A stretch of DNA of 64,000 nucleotides from Longimicrobiales bacterium (GTDB taxonomy: Bacteria > Gemmatimonadota > Gemmatimonadetes > Longimicrobiales > Gaopeijiaceae): assembly GCA_965116905.1 (NCBI GenBank), contig OZ220732.1:2496001-2560000 (forward strand), in the 5' to 3' direction. The position numbers and the translations under genes were made by a program. This document shows positions 55,948 to 64,000 of this stretch, in pieces. Below the pieces are notes generated by a model that was not told the origin of the DNA, made no database searches, and saw only the letters and a program-made list of their open reading frames with translations. Position 1 is the first letter of the stretch, and each line of letters opens with the position of its first letter.

Positions 55948-58296
55948 TTGACCGCCACCGACGACGCAGCGCAGAAGATCGCCAGGCTGCGGGAGCGCAT
56001 GGCCCGGCTGAGTTCGGCGAGTCTGCGCATCAGCGAGAGCCTGGACCTGGAATCGGTCCTGCGCGAGGTGGTCGACAGCGCCCGCGTGCTGACCGGCGCC
56101 GCGAACGCGGCAATCACGACCGTGGATCGGGTCGAACGGGTCAGCGATTTCATCTCGTCCGGCCTGACGGCGGAGGAGCGCCGGCAACTCCGGAACCTGC
56201 CCCAGGGAGAGCGCCTCTGGGGGTACCTGCTCCAGAGTACGCGGCCGTTGCGGGTCGACGACCTGGCGTCCCATCTCGACGGGCTCGGCATCGCCACCGC
56301 GCCGATTCTGCGCCGGAGCTTTCTGGGAGCGCCCATTCGTCACCGGGGCGTGAACGTCGGCCACTTCTATCTGACCAACAAGGAGGGCGACCAGGGATTC
56401 ACCGAAGAGGACGAAGAAACCCTCGTGCTGTTCGCATCGCAGGCGGCGACGGCCATCGCCAACGCCCAGGCGTATCGCGACGAGCGGAGGGCCCGCGCCG
56501 ACCTGGAGGCCCTGGTCGACACCTCGCCCGTCGGCGTTGCCGTGTTCGACGCGAAGACCGGCGATCTCGTGCGGTTCAATCGCGAGGGGCGGCGGATGGT
56601 GGCGGGCCTGGACCCGTCGGGCCGCTCGCCTCAGGAGGTGGTGCAGACGATGACGGTCCGGCTCCCCGACGGCGAGGAGTTGTCGTTCGCGGAGCTGCCG
56701 CTTACCCGGGCTCTGGGTGCCGCGACGACCGTGCGCGCCGAAGAGTACGTGCTCTCGGTGCCGGGCGGCCGGAGCATAAGGACCCTGGTGAACGCCACGC
56801 CCATCCGTGCCCGGGACGGCGCGGTCGTTTCCCTGGTGGTCACCTTTCAGGACCTGGAGCCGCTGGAAGAACTCGAACGGCAGCGGACCGAGTTCCTGAG
56901 CATGGTGAGCCACGAGCTGCGGGCTCCGCTGACCTCGATCAAGGGCTCGACCGCGACCCTGCTCTCGCCGGCGAGGGAGCTGGATCCCGCGGAGGAGCGC
57001 GAGTTCTACCGCATCATCGACGAGCAGGCCGACCACATGCAGCGCCTCATCAGCGACCTCCTCGATGCGGGGCGCATCGACTCGGGCACCCTGTCGGTCG
57101 CACCCGAGCCCTCAGCGGTGGCCGCGCTGGTGGACCGGGCGAGGAACACCTTTCTGAGCGGGGGCGGGCGACACACCATCCACATCGACCTGCCGCCCGA
57201 CCTGCCCCCGGTCATGGCGGATCAACGACGCATCGTGCAGGTCCTAAACAACCTGTTTGCGAACGCCGCCCGGTACTCGCCGGAGTCGTCCCCCATCCTG
57301 GTCGAGGCGGTTCGCGACGGCGTCCACGTCGCGGTCTCGGTCACCGATCAGGGCCGCGGCATACCGCCCGAGCGGCTGCCTCACCTGTTCAGCAAGCACG
57401 CCGGCGCCGACGGAACGCCCGGAGGCGTGCGCTACGGCCTCGGGCTCGCCATCTGCAAGGGACTGGTGGAGGCCCACGGGGGGCGCATCCGGGCCGAGAG
57501 CGGCGGGCCGGGGCAGGGCGCACGCGTCACGTTCACCGTACCGGTAGCCCGGGGGGCCGCGCCGGTCTCCGCAGCCAGCCCGCGCTCGCCAACGGAAGAC
57601 GATCGAAATCGCACGCGGGTCCTCGTGGTCGACGACGATCCCCACACGCTCCGGTTCGTGCGCGACGCCCTGCGGACTGCGGGCTACGCCCCGCTCGTGA
57701 CCGGCGACTCACAGGAACTGGCGGCTCTGATCCGCACCGAGAAGCCCGCGCTCGTGCTGCTCGACCTGGTGCTCCCGGGCACAGACGGGATCGAACTGAT
57801 GCAGCAGGTTCCCGAACTGACCGATCTGCCGGTCATCTTCATCTCCGCCTACCGCCGGGACGAAACCATCGCCCGGGCTCTCGAACTGGGCGCCGCCGAC
57901 TACATCGTCAAGCCGTTTTCGCCCACCGAGCTCGTGGCGAGGGTGCGGGCGGCGCTGAGCCGGCGGGTCGAGACCGAGCCCTTCGCGGCGGGCGACCTCC
58001 GTATCCGCTACGACCGGCGCGAGGTGACCGTGGCCGGGCGTCCGGTCGCGCTGACCGCCACCGAGTACGAACTCCTGCGCGTGCTTGCGGTCAACGCGGG
58101 GCGTGTGGTGACGCACGAAGTCCTGCTGCGCCGGGTCTGGGGCGTGCGCGGCGGGCGCGGAGGTCGCAAATCGGAGGCCGTGCGCACCTGCGTGAAGAAG
58201 CTCCGCCGGAAACTCGGCGGCAGCGGGTCCGATCCCGCGTACATCTTCAACGAGCGCGGGGTGGGCTACCGGCTGGCCGGGGCGGATGACGGGTAG
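55948..58296 (+). CDS. Soluble hybrid kinase-regulator: GAF-PAS-HisKA-HATPase-REC-OmpR wHTH
   Basis: FTEEDEE.L.LFA, NREG, VSHELRAPL, NLFANAARY, DQGRGI, GLGLAIC, VVDDD, LLDL, KPF, LTATEYELL, NERGVGY; TTG start after GGAG. Confidence 0.9.
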   Translation: MTATDDAAQKIARLRERMARLSSASLRISESLDLESVLREVVDSARVLTGAANAAITTVDRVERVSDFISSGLTAEERRQLRNLPQGERLWGYLLQSTRPLRVDDLASHLDGLGIATAPILRRSFLGAPIRHRGVNVGHFYLTNKEGDQGFTEEDEETLVLFASQAATAIANAQAYRDERRARADLEALVDTSPVGVAVFDAKTGDLVRFNREGRRMVAGLDPSGRSPQEVVQTMTVRLPDGEELSFAELPLTRALGAATTVRAEEYVLSVPGGRSIRTLVNATPIRARDGAVVSLVVTFQDLEPLEELERQRTEFLSMVSHELRAPLTSIKGSTATLLSPARELDPAEEREFYRIIDEQADHMQRLISDLLDAGRIDSGTLSVAPEPSAVAALVDRARNTFLSGGGRHTIHIDLPPDLPPVMADQRRIVQVLNNLFANAARYSPESSPILVEAVRDGVHVAVSVTDQGRGIPPERLPHLFSKHAGADGTPGGVRYGLGLAICKGLVEAHGGRIRAESGGPGQGARVTFTVPVARGAAPVSAASPRSPTEDDRNRTRVLVVDDDPHTLRFVRDALRTAGYAPLVTGDSQELAALIRTEKPALVLLDLVLPGTDGIELMQQVPELTDLPVIFISAYRRDETIARALELGAADYIVKPFSPTELVARVRAALSRRVETEPFAAGDLRIRYDRREVTVAGRPVALTATEYELLRVLAVNAGRVVTHEVLLRRVWGVRGGRGGRKSEAVRTCVKKLRRKLGGSGSDPAYIFNERGVGYRLAGADDG

Positions 58297-58369
58297 GGCT
58301 TTCCGCCGTGGTGGGCGCCGGAGTGGCCAGCGCTGTCACTCCCGAACCGAGTCGTGGCTCAACACTCGA

Positions 58370-59557
58370 TCACTCTGCCGCAGGGTGCCAATCAGGCATC
58401 GCGCGGAACAAATACTGATCGAACATGGGGACTGTGAAGGCCGTGTCGCCATGAGAAGGGCTCCAGATCATGCCCTTTCGGATTAAACCGGTCCGAAGGG
58501 GTCCGGCCGAGGTGACCGCGACCCCCAGCTTGCCAGCCACTGCCCCTGAGCGGTGTGGGCCAGGGCCGAGTTCCGCCATCGCCCTCAGGTAGTCCTGCTC
58601 TCTCGGTGTGAGGCGATCGAAACGGACGCGGAAGAAGCTCGCGTCGAGGGCTTTGATGGCTCGGCTGCTGGCCGAGAGCACGTCCTGCAGGGTCACGGGT
58701 GAGCTCGCTGCGACATCCCAGGAGTGCGCCCCCCATTCCTGGAGGAAATACGGATAACCCTCGGTTTGCTCGGCGATCTCCGCGAGAGCGTCATCGGTGA
58801 TTCCCGCCCCGGCATCCTCGATCGGAACTCGAACGGCATCCTGTATCGCGTTCTTGTCCAGCGGGCCGACACCGGGGAAACCGAAGAGCCGTTCTGAATA
58901 GCTCTTGGCCTCTCCCGACAACGCGGCGAGCTGGGGCAATCCCGCTCCGAACATGAGCAAGGGCAGCGCCTTCTGGCTTATTCGGTGCAGTGCGACAATG
59001 AGCGCGCGCAGGTCTTCATCGTTCAGGTATTGTACCTCATCGATCAGGAGGGTTGCGGGCTGGCCTGCGGCTTGGGCGGCTTCTCCGATGGCGACCAGGA
59101 GGTCCGTGAGATCGGTTTCCAGGTCTCCGGAAGCAGCCAGGCCAGGCTCTGGCGTCACCCCCACTTCGAGATCCGCGTAGGACACCTTGAAGGCGCTGGC
59201 GAAGTTGCGAAGAGCACCGAGTGCATGGTTCCCGACGACCCGGGCTTTCTCTCTCCCGCTGATTCGATACAGGATTCTGCGGAGCTTGGGAACGAGCAGT
59301 CCAGCGAGGCGGCGTTCCTCGGGCGCCTCAATGACCGCGGTCAGGTATCCCAGTGATTCAGCGAGTTCACCGATCCGGGTCAAAAGGACGGTCTTCCCCA
59401 CGCCCCGTAGGCCGAGAAGCATCATGCTCTTCGCGTGACGTCCGGCCCGAATGCGCTGCAGGGCAATGCTTACCGTTTCGAGCAGACCGTCACGACCCGC
59501 CAGGGCCGGAGGCCGCGATCCCGCGCCTGGTGCGAACGGATTGGCAACAGGATCCAT
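58370..59557 (-). CDS. AAA family ATP-binding protein with C-terminal wHTH-like region
   Basis: NPFAPGAGSRPPALAGRD, GLRGVGKTVLL, LIDEVQ, GAGLP, TEGYPYFLQ. Confidence 0.85.
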   Translation of the reverse strand: MDPVANPFAPGAGSRPPALAGRDGLLETVSIALQRIRAGRHAKSMMLLGLRGVGKTVLLTRIGELAESLGYLTAVIEAPEERRLAGLLVPKLRRILYRISGREKARVVGNHALGALRNFASAFKVSYADLEVGVTPEPGLAASGDLETDLTDLLVAIGEAAQAAGQPATLLIDEVQYLNDEDLRALIVALHRISQKALPLLMFGAGLPQLAALSGEAKSYSERLFGFPGVGPLDKNAIQDAVRVPIEDAGAGITDDALAEIAEQTEGYPYFLQEWGAHSWDVAASSPVTLQDVLSASSRAIKALDASFFRVRFDRLTPREQDYLRAMAELGPGPHRSGAVAGKLGVAVTSAGPLRTGLIRKGMIWSPSHGDTAFTVPMFDQYLFRAMPDWHPAAE

Positions 59558-59571
59558 CGATTCCTTTCGAT

Positions 59572-59642
59572 TTAGAGGAAGTTAGGGGTATTTATACCCA
59601 CTTTAGGGCATAACCCTATCTAACTATCCCTAATTCTGTCAA
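59572..59642 (-). promoter_or_regulatory. AT-rich promoter with phased TTAG/CTAA array
   Basis: TTAG/TTAT at 59572, 59582, 59592, 59603; ATAA/CTAA at 59610, 59620, 59630; minus-strand TTGACA-N18-TAGGGT. Confidence 0.65.
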
Positions 59643-59686
59643 TGTAGTCTCGTCGTTCCCTGCAATTCGGAATCGCTCCGATCCGT

Positions 59687-60409
59687 CTAACCCCTCCCGC
59701 CCACCAACTCCCCCACGCCTCCCAACACCGCCCTCACCGGGTACCTGGTGAACACCTCCTCCTCCGTCGTCCCCGACAACACCGCCACGAAAGCCACGCC
59801 CAGGGCCTGGGCCGCCATGGCATCCACCGCCGAATCGCCGACGTAGATGCAGTTGCTGATGGGGATGCCCAGCAAGTCGGCCGCGCGCATCAGTCCATCG
59901 GGGGCAGGTTTGGGCCGGGGCACATCGTCCGCTCCGACGACGACGTCGACAAGTGCGTGGAGGCCGTCCCGCTGAAGGGCGTCCACGACGCGGCGCCGGT
60001 ACTTGGTGGTCACGATCCCGACCTTGTAGCCGTCATTGCGGAGCGTCCGGAGCACCCGAGCCGCGCCCGGCAGGAAGGTCGTGCTGGCCACCATCACCTC
60101 GTCCGCCTTCCTGACGAAGTGCTCGAGGAACTCGTCCTCCCGCGGCCGCCACTCCTCGCCGGCCAGAATCCCGAGCGCCTCACGCGGATCGAGCCCGATG
60201 GTCCTGCGGATGGCGTCCTCCGGGGCCCGAGCCAGCCCGAGGCGGCCCAGCGCGTGATTCATGCAGACCACGATGCCCTCGGAGGAATCCGCTAGGGTGT
60301 AGTCGAAGTCGAAGAGGACGGCGCCGGCGGGGGCGATGGCAGGGTGAATGCGGGGGCTCGCGGGCACTCGCGGGTCGGGCTGTTGGGACTCGGTCACCAC
60401 GGCGCCCAT
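59687..60409 (-). CDS. HAD-IA hydrolase (phosphoglycolate phosphatase-like)
   Basis: FDFDYTLADS, IVTTK, KPAPD, YVGDSAVD; GGAGGAGG RBS before ATG 60409. Confidence 0.9.
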   Translation of the reverse strand: MGAVVTESQQPDPRVPASPRIHPAIAPAGAVLFDFDYTLADSSEGIVVCMNHALGRLGLARAPEDAIRRTIGLDPREALGILAGEEWRPREDEFLEHFVRKADEVMVASTTFLPGAARVLRTLRNDGYKVGIVTTKYRRRVVDALQRDGLHALVDVVVGADDVPRPKPAPDGLMRAADLLGIPISNCIYVGDSAVDAMAAQALGVAFVAVLSGTTEEEVFTRYPVRAVLGGVGELVGGRG

Positions 60410-60597
60410 CGTCGTCGCCTCCTCCAATTGTCATGTGGAAAAACCCTTCGAACGTAACATCGCGGGTTCCAGGTTCGGTCGTGGATTCCTGTACCTGCGG
60501 CCCCAACGTGGCACTCGTCGACACTCCGCCACGTTAACACCACGAATTGATCGTAAGTCGCCACATTTTAGCCACATAGCATGCGTCATCTTTCCGT

Positions 60598-62034
60598 ATG
60601 GCGACCGGCGACCGTCTCAGAATCGCCTGTCTCGCAGCGGTGGCACTGGCTGGCGTTCCCTCGATTCCCGCCTGCGGCGACGGGGCCGTGCTGCCGTTGC
60701 CCCCCGATCCGCCCCGTGCAGCAACGGTCGTCGTCACTCCGCCCACCGCCCGGCTGTCGGCCCTGGGCGCGACCGTGCAGCTCTCGGCACGGGTGCTGGA
60801 TCAGAACGGGCGGCCGATGGCGGGTGCGGCGGTGGCGTGGTCGAGCGGCAGCGCCGCCATCGCGACGGTGGATGCTTCCGGGCTGGTGGCGGCGGTGCAG
60901 AACGGAACCGTCACGATCATGGCGACATCGGGTTCGGCGAGCGGGAGCGCGGAGGTGACGGTGGCCCAGGAAGCGAGCGCGGTCACCGTGTCGCCCGCGG
61001 TGGACACGGTGGCGCTGGGCGACACGCTTCGGCTGGTCGCGGAGGCGTCCGACGCGAACGGTCACATGGTCGAAGGCGCGGAGTTGGGCTGGTCGTCAAG
61101 CGACGGGTACGTGGTAACGGTGGACGCGTCGGGGCTGGTGACGGGCCTCGGGCAAGGCACGGCGAACATCACGGCGATGGCCGGTGAAGCCTCGGGCACG
61201 TCCGGGATCACGGTGACACCCATCGGCGAGTGGGGACCGGCGAACACATTTGGATTCTATACGTTTCCCGATTCGGTCTATCCGCTGGCGCGCATCGAGT
61301 GGACCATGCTTCCAGTACAGGCTCCGGACGAGAGTCTGCATGAGAAGGCGCTGCTGCACTACTGGGCGATGCAGTTCCTCCATGACGAACATGGTCATCT
61401 GGCAGGTTATGCCGGTTTCCAGTCGCAAGGCGTGTTCAGGAATGAGCCGCTTCACCGTCGCGTTGTGAACTTCGCCATATGGGACTCGGATGCCTCGAAC
61501 ACCGACAGCGGGATGGTGGATACGGAAAACCCCGAGTGCCGCTGTCATCAGATCATGCTTCCTTATGAGTGGAAGGAAGGGACGCCCTATCGATTTGTTG
61601 CGGACACGGGTCCGTCCGGCGAAACGGACGAGTATCGGTGGTGGGGCCTATGGGTGACGAACCTGGTGACCGACTCCACCACCTTCGTCGGCGAGACCCG
61701 ATCGTGGCGGCGACGCATTGAAGACCCTCCCGTCTCATGGGGTGAGGATATGCACTGGTGGCAGACGCTGGTGGGGAATGCAGCCTATGAGTGCGGGGAC
61801 TTCGAGTCCTCGTCGCTGGCGGTCCTGGATGTGCTGGCGGACGGTGTCGCGCCCGTCTCCGTTCACGCCCTTACCAGTGGCGGGGAAGACGCGACGGGTC
61901 CGAATGGTCACCGGACCAGACTCTGCGATTCGGCGGTGGTCTACTCACACGGCACCGACGTTCAGCACAACCTTGGCCACTGGTCCACCCCGCCGCGCAA
62001 CGTACTCGGTGCGGACCGCCGCGACTCCCGATAA
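60598..62034 (+). CDS. Lipoprotein with two Ig-like (Big_2) repeats and a DUF3472-like domain
   Basis: IPAC lipobox-like; WSS...ATVDASGLV x2; YWAMQF, GYAGFQ, FAIWD, PYEWKEG.PYRF. Confidence 0.8.
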   Translation: MATGDRLRIACLAAVALAGVPSIPACGDGAVLPLPPDPPRAATVVVTPPTARLSALGATVQLSARVLDQNGRPMAGAAVAWSSGSAAIATVDASGLVAAVQNGTVTIMATSGSASGSAEVTVAQEASAVTVSPAVDTVALGDTLRLVAEASDANGHMVEGAELGWSSSDGYVVTVDASGLVTGLGQGTANITAMAGEASGTSGITVTPIGEWGPANTFGFYTFPDSVYPLARIEWTMLPVQAPDESLHEKALLHYWAMQFLHDEHGHLAGYAGFQSQGVFRNEPLHRRVVNFAIWDSDASNTDSGMVDTENPECRCHQIMLPYEWKEGTPYRFVADTGPSGETDEYRWWGLWVTNLVTDSTTFVGETRSWRRRIEDPPVSWGEDMHWWQTLVGNAAYECGDFESSSLAVLDVLADGVAPVSVHALTSGGEDATGPNGHRTRLCDSAVVYSHGTDVQHNLGHWSTPPRNVLGADRRDSR

Positions 62035-62064
62035 CACGCCCCTTGCGAGCGTGACCCTGCCCCC

Positions 62065-62538
62065 CTACCCGTGCTCGTGAACGTGCGCGTGCACGGGCGT
62101 CGTTACGAAGTCGGCGTGTCCCGACCCGACGGCACCGTGCATGAGCATGAACGTCACGTCGGTCTCGCCCTCCATGTGGCCGTGCAGATGGCCGCCGAAC
62201 TCACCGGGGCTGTCCTGTTCCCACTCGGCGATCGACTCGTCTTCGATGTCGACTTCCAGGTATGTGTCGCCTCCCAACTGGATCGGATCGCCGTCGTGAT
62301 CCACGAAGCGGACCGTGATGTGGGGAGTCTCTTCGCCCTCATCCACTTCCAGCTCCCCGGTCCAGTTCTGTGTGTGGCCATCGTACGATGCGATGACCCG
62401 GCCACTCATGACGAGTTCCAGACCCTCGGGTTCGTAGTGCTCTTCCTCCGGCTCGGTCGCCGACTCGCAGGCAGCGAGGACCAGGGCGAGGGCGGCAACG
62501 ACCGCGAACGGCCGGTTTCTGTAGCTCCGTGTCTTCAT
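62065..62538 (-). CDS. His-rich lipoprotein, putative metal-binding partner of the upstream receptor
   Basis: LAAC lipobox; GGHLHGH, HGAVGSGHADF, HAHVHEHG; AGGAG RBS. Confidence 0.75.
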   Translation of the reverse strand: MKTRSYRNRPFAVVAALALVLAACESATEPEEEHYEPEGLELVMSGRVIASYDGHTQNWTGELEVDEGEETPHITVRFVDHDGDPIQLGGDTYLEVDIEDESIAEWEQDSPGEFGGHLHGHMEGETDVTFMLMHGAVGSGHADFVTTPVHAHVHEHG

Positions 62539-62586
62539 TTCGTTTCTCCTTGTGGTCTTGCAGGTAGTGAGTCGTGCGCAGGCTTG

Positions 62587-64000
62587 CTAGAACACGACCC
62601 GGTAGTTGGCACGCAGGCCCCTGCCCGCCTCGGGCATGATTTCCTTCACCCGCGACAGATGACGCCTGTACTCGGTATCACCGAGGTTTTCGAGGTGGAG
62701 CGTCACGACGTGCAGTCGCCCTGCGAGGGTTAGACGCAAGCCGCCCGAGAGACCCAGTACCGTGTATCCGTCGGTTGACTGCTCGAACCGTCCGGTCCGC
62801 TCCTGGCTTCCGGCCATCCGCGCCTCGGCCTCCACGAACCAGTCCACCGGCGAATAGCCGATCGCGAGGCGACCCTGGAGCGGGGGCATGAAGGGGAGGG
62901 GTTCGTCTGTGGCGCGGATCGTGCCGTGCACGTACGAGGCGACGGCCTCGAGTTTGAATCCGGCCGGCATCGACCACCCGAGCAGGCTCTCGAAGCCGGT
63001 CAGAAGCGCGTCCTCGCCCACGTACTGATAGATCGGGAGCAGGGTGCGGCTGAGTCTCCCCGTCGCCTGCGGAAAGATGTAGCCCGCGATCGTGTTTCGA
63101 AACCACGTCACCTCGGCGCTGAGGCGTTGCCGCGTCAGACGTCCGAACACGTCGATCCCGAGTCCCGTCTCCGTCTCGAGCGAGGGATTGCCGACGTCGA
63201 ATGAATTGGCCGCCAGGTGCGGCCCCTCCGAGTAGAGTTCGTGTACATCCGGGGTGCGAAAGGCCCGGGCCAGGCTCCCTCCCAGGGTGAACTGATCCGT
63301 CAACCGCAGAAGTGCGCCCAGCGATCCGGAGGCCGCGCTGAAGGCACGTGCGCGGATGTGCCCGATGTCGGACAGCTCTTCCCTGTCCGGTTCCAGGTCG
63401 ACCCGATCGTAGCGGAGCCCGGCCTCGATCAGGACCGGATCGAGCTGGATCTCCTCAACGACATACGCGGCCTGCGTCCTGCGCCCGGTATTCGGGGAGT
63501 ACAGCGCGCCCCCGAATCCGAAGTGCTCCCACGAGACTCTCGCTCCGACGGCACCCGATGCGAACGGCCCCCACCCGGCGTGCCGCGCCCGCGCCTCGCC
63601 GCTCGCGATCTGTCGCTCGAAAAGCGTTCCCAGGATGTTCGGGGGTTCCCACTCGTTGTGCCGGTACCACGTGTAGCCGGCATCGAGTTCAATCGCCTCA
63701 AAGCCTCGCCCGGGCCGGATGACGCTGCGAAGTCGACTTGCGGCTCTCTCCTGCTCGGTGCGTACCGGGTTCACGTGGCCGCCGAGGAATCCTCCGGGAA
63801 TCCCGTAGTCGTTCCGGTAGAAGCGAAAGGCACCGCCCGCGTAGCCCCAGTCGGCCACCCACGATGTCCCGGCCCCCACGCTCCACGTGTCGGTCTGGGT
63901 CCCCGCAAGCGTCCCGATGGGCGTCCGCAAATCCCCTCCCTGGTGTCTCGATACCTCGACGCGCAGAGGGATGTGCCCGGTGACTCCGACCGTCATCTGG
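62587..64000 (-). CDS. TonB-dependent receptor, ZnuD-like (5' part outside the window)
   Basis: NDYGIPGGF, ELYSEGPHLAA, YRRHLSRVKEIMPEAGR..YRVVF; paralog of 17604-19889. Confidence 0.9.
   Translation of the reverse strand, partial: QMTVGVTGHIPLRVEVSRHQGGDLRTPIGTLAGTQTDTWSVGAGTSWVADWGYAGGAFRFYRNDYGIPGGFLGGHVNPVRTEQERAASRLRSVIRPGRGFEAIELDAGYTWYRHNEWEPPNILGTLFERQIASGEARARHAGWGPFASGAVGARVSWEHFGFGGALYSPNTGRRTQAAYVVEEIQLDPVLIEAGLRYDRVDLEPDREELSDIGHIRARAFSAASGSLGALLRLTDQFTLGGSLARAFRTPDVHELYSEGPHLAANSFDVGNPSLETETGLGIDVFGRLTRQRLSAEVTWFRNTIAGYIFPQATGRLSRTLLPIYQYVGEDALLTGFESLLGWSMPAGFKLEAVASYVHGTIRATDEPLPFMPPLQGRLAIGYSPVDWFVEAEARMAGSQERTGRFEQSTDGYTVLGLSGGLRLTLAGRLHVVTLHLENLGDTEYRRHLSRVKEIMPEAGRGLRANYRVVF

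Overview
High-GC bacterial DNA. The gene style (many TonB-dependent receptors, carboxypeptidase-regulatory and Ig-like surface proteins, one-component hybrid kinases) suggests Gemmatimonadota/Acidobacteriota, by inference only. I found no rRNA, tRNA, CRISPR array or integrase. About 1-22.7 kb holds core-type genes: a MacAB-like exporter, ECF sigma/anti-sigma/PDZ, threonine synthase, peptidases, TonB receptors and a P450. About 22.7-46.7 kb is a dense defence/accessory island with no DNA methyltransferase. It contains MazEF-like and TumE/TumA-like TA pairs, an orphan RloA-like ATPase, a decayed mcrC, an intact mcrBC, three HNH nucleases with different N-terminal reader domains, and a stand-alone EcoRII N-terminal domain one G away from fusing to an HNH nuclease. 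It also has three Rpn C-terminal-like mini-ORFs and a promoter-led four-gene run: SBD-HNH, CBS-HEPN, SNF2 ATPase, actin/Hsp70-fold ATPase. That run is the best candidate for an undescribed defence system. About 46.8-64 kb holds a TetR/desaturase unit, a serine hydrolase, two TonB receptors with a hybrid kinase-regulator and an 11-bp phased repeat array upstream, an AAA ATPase, a HAD hydrolase, an Ig-like lipoprotein and a ZnuD-like receptor with a His-rich lipoprotein. Two unrelated genes end in the identical 22-nt G-run sequence. Family calls come from motifs read by eye; no database search was run.
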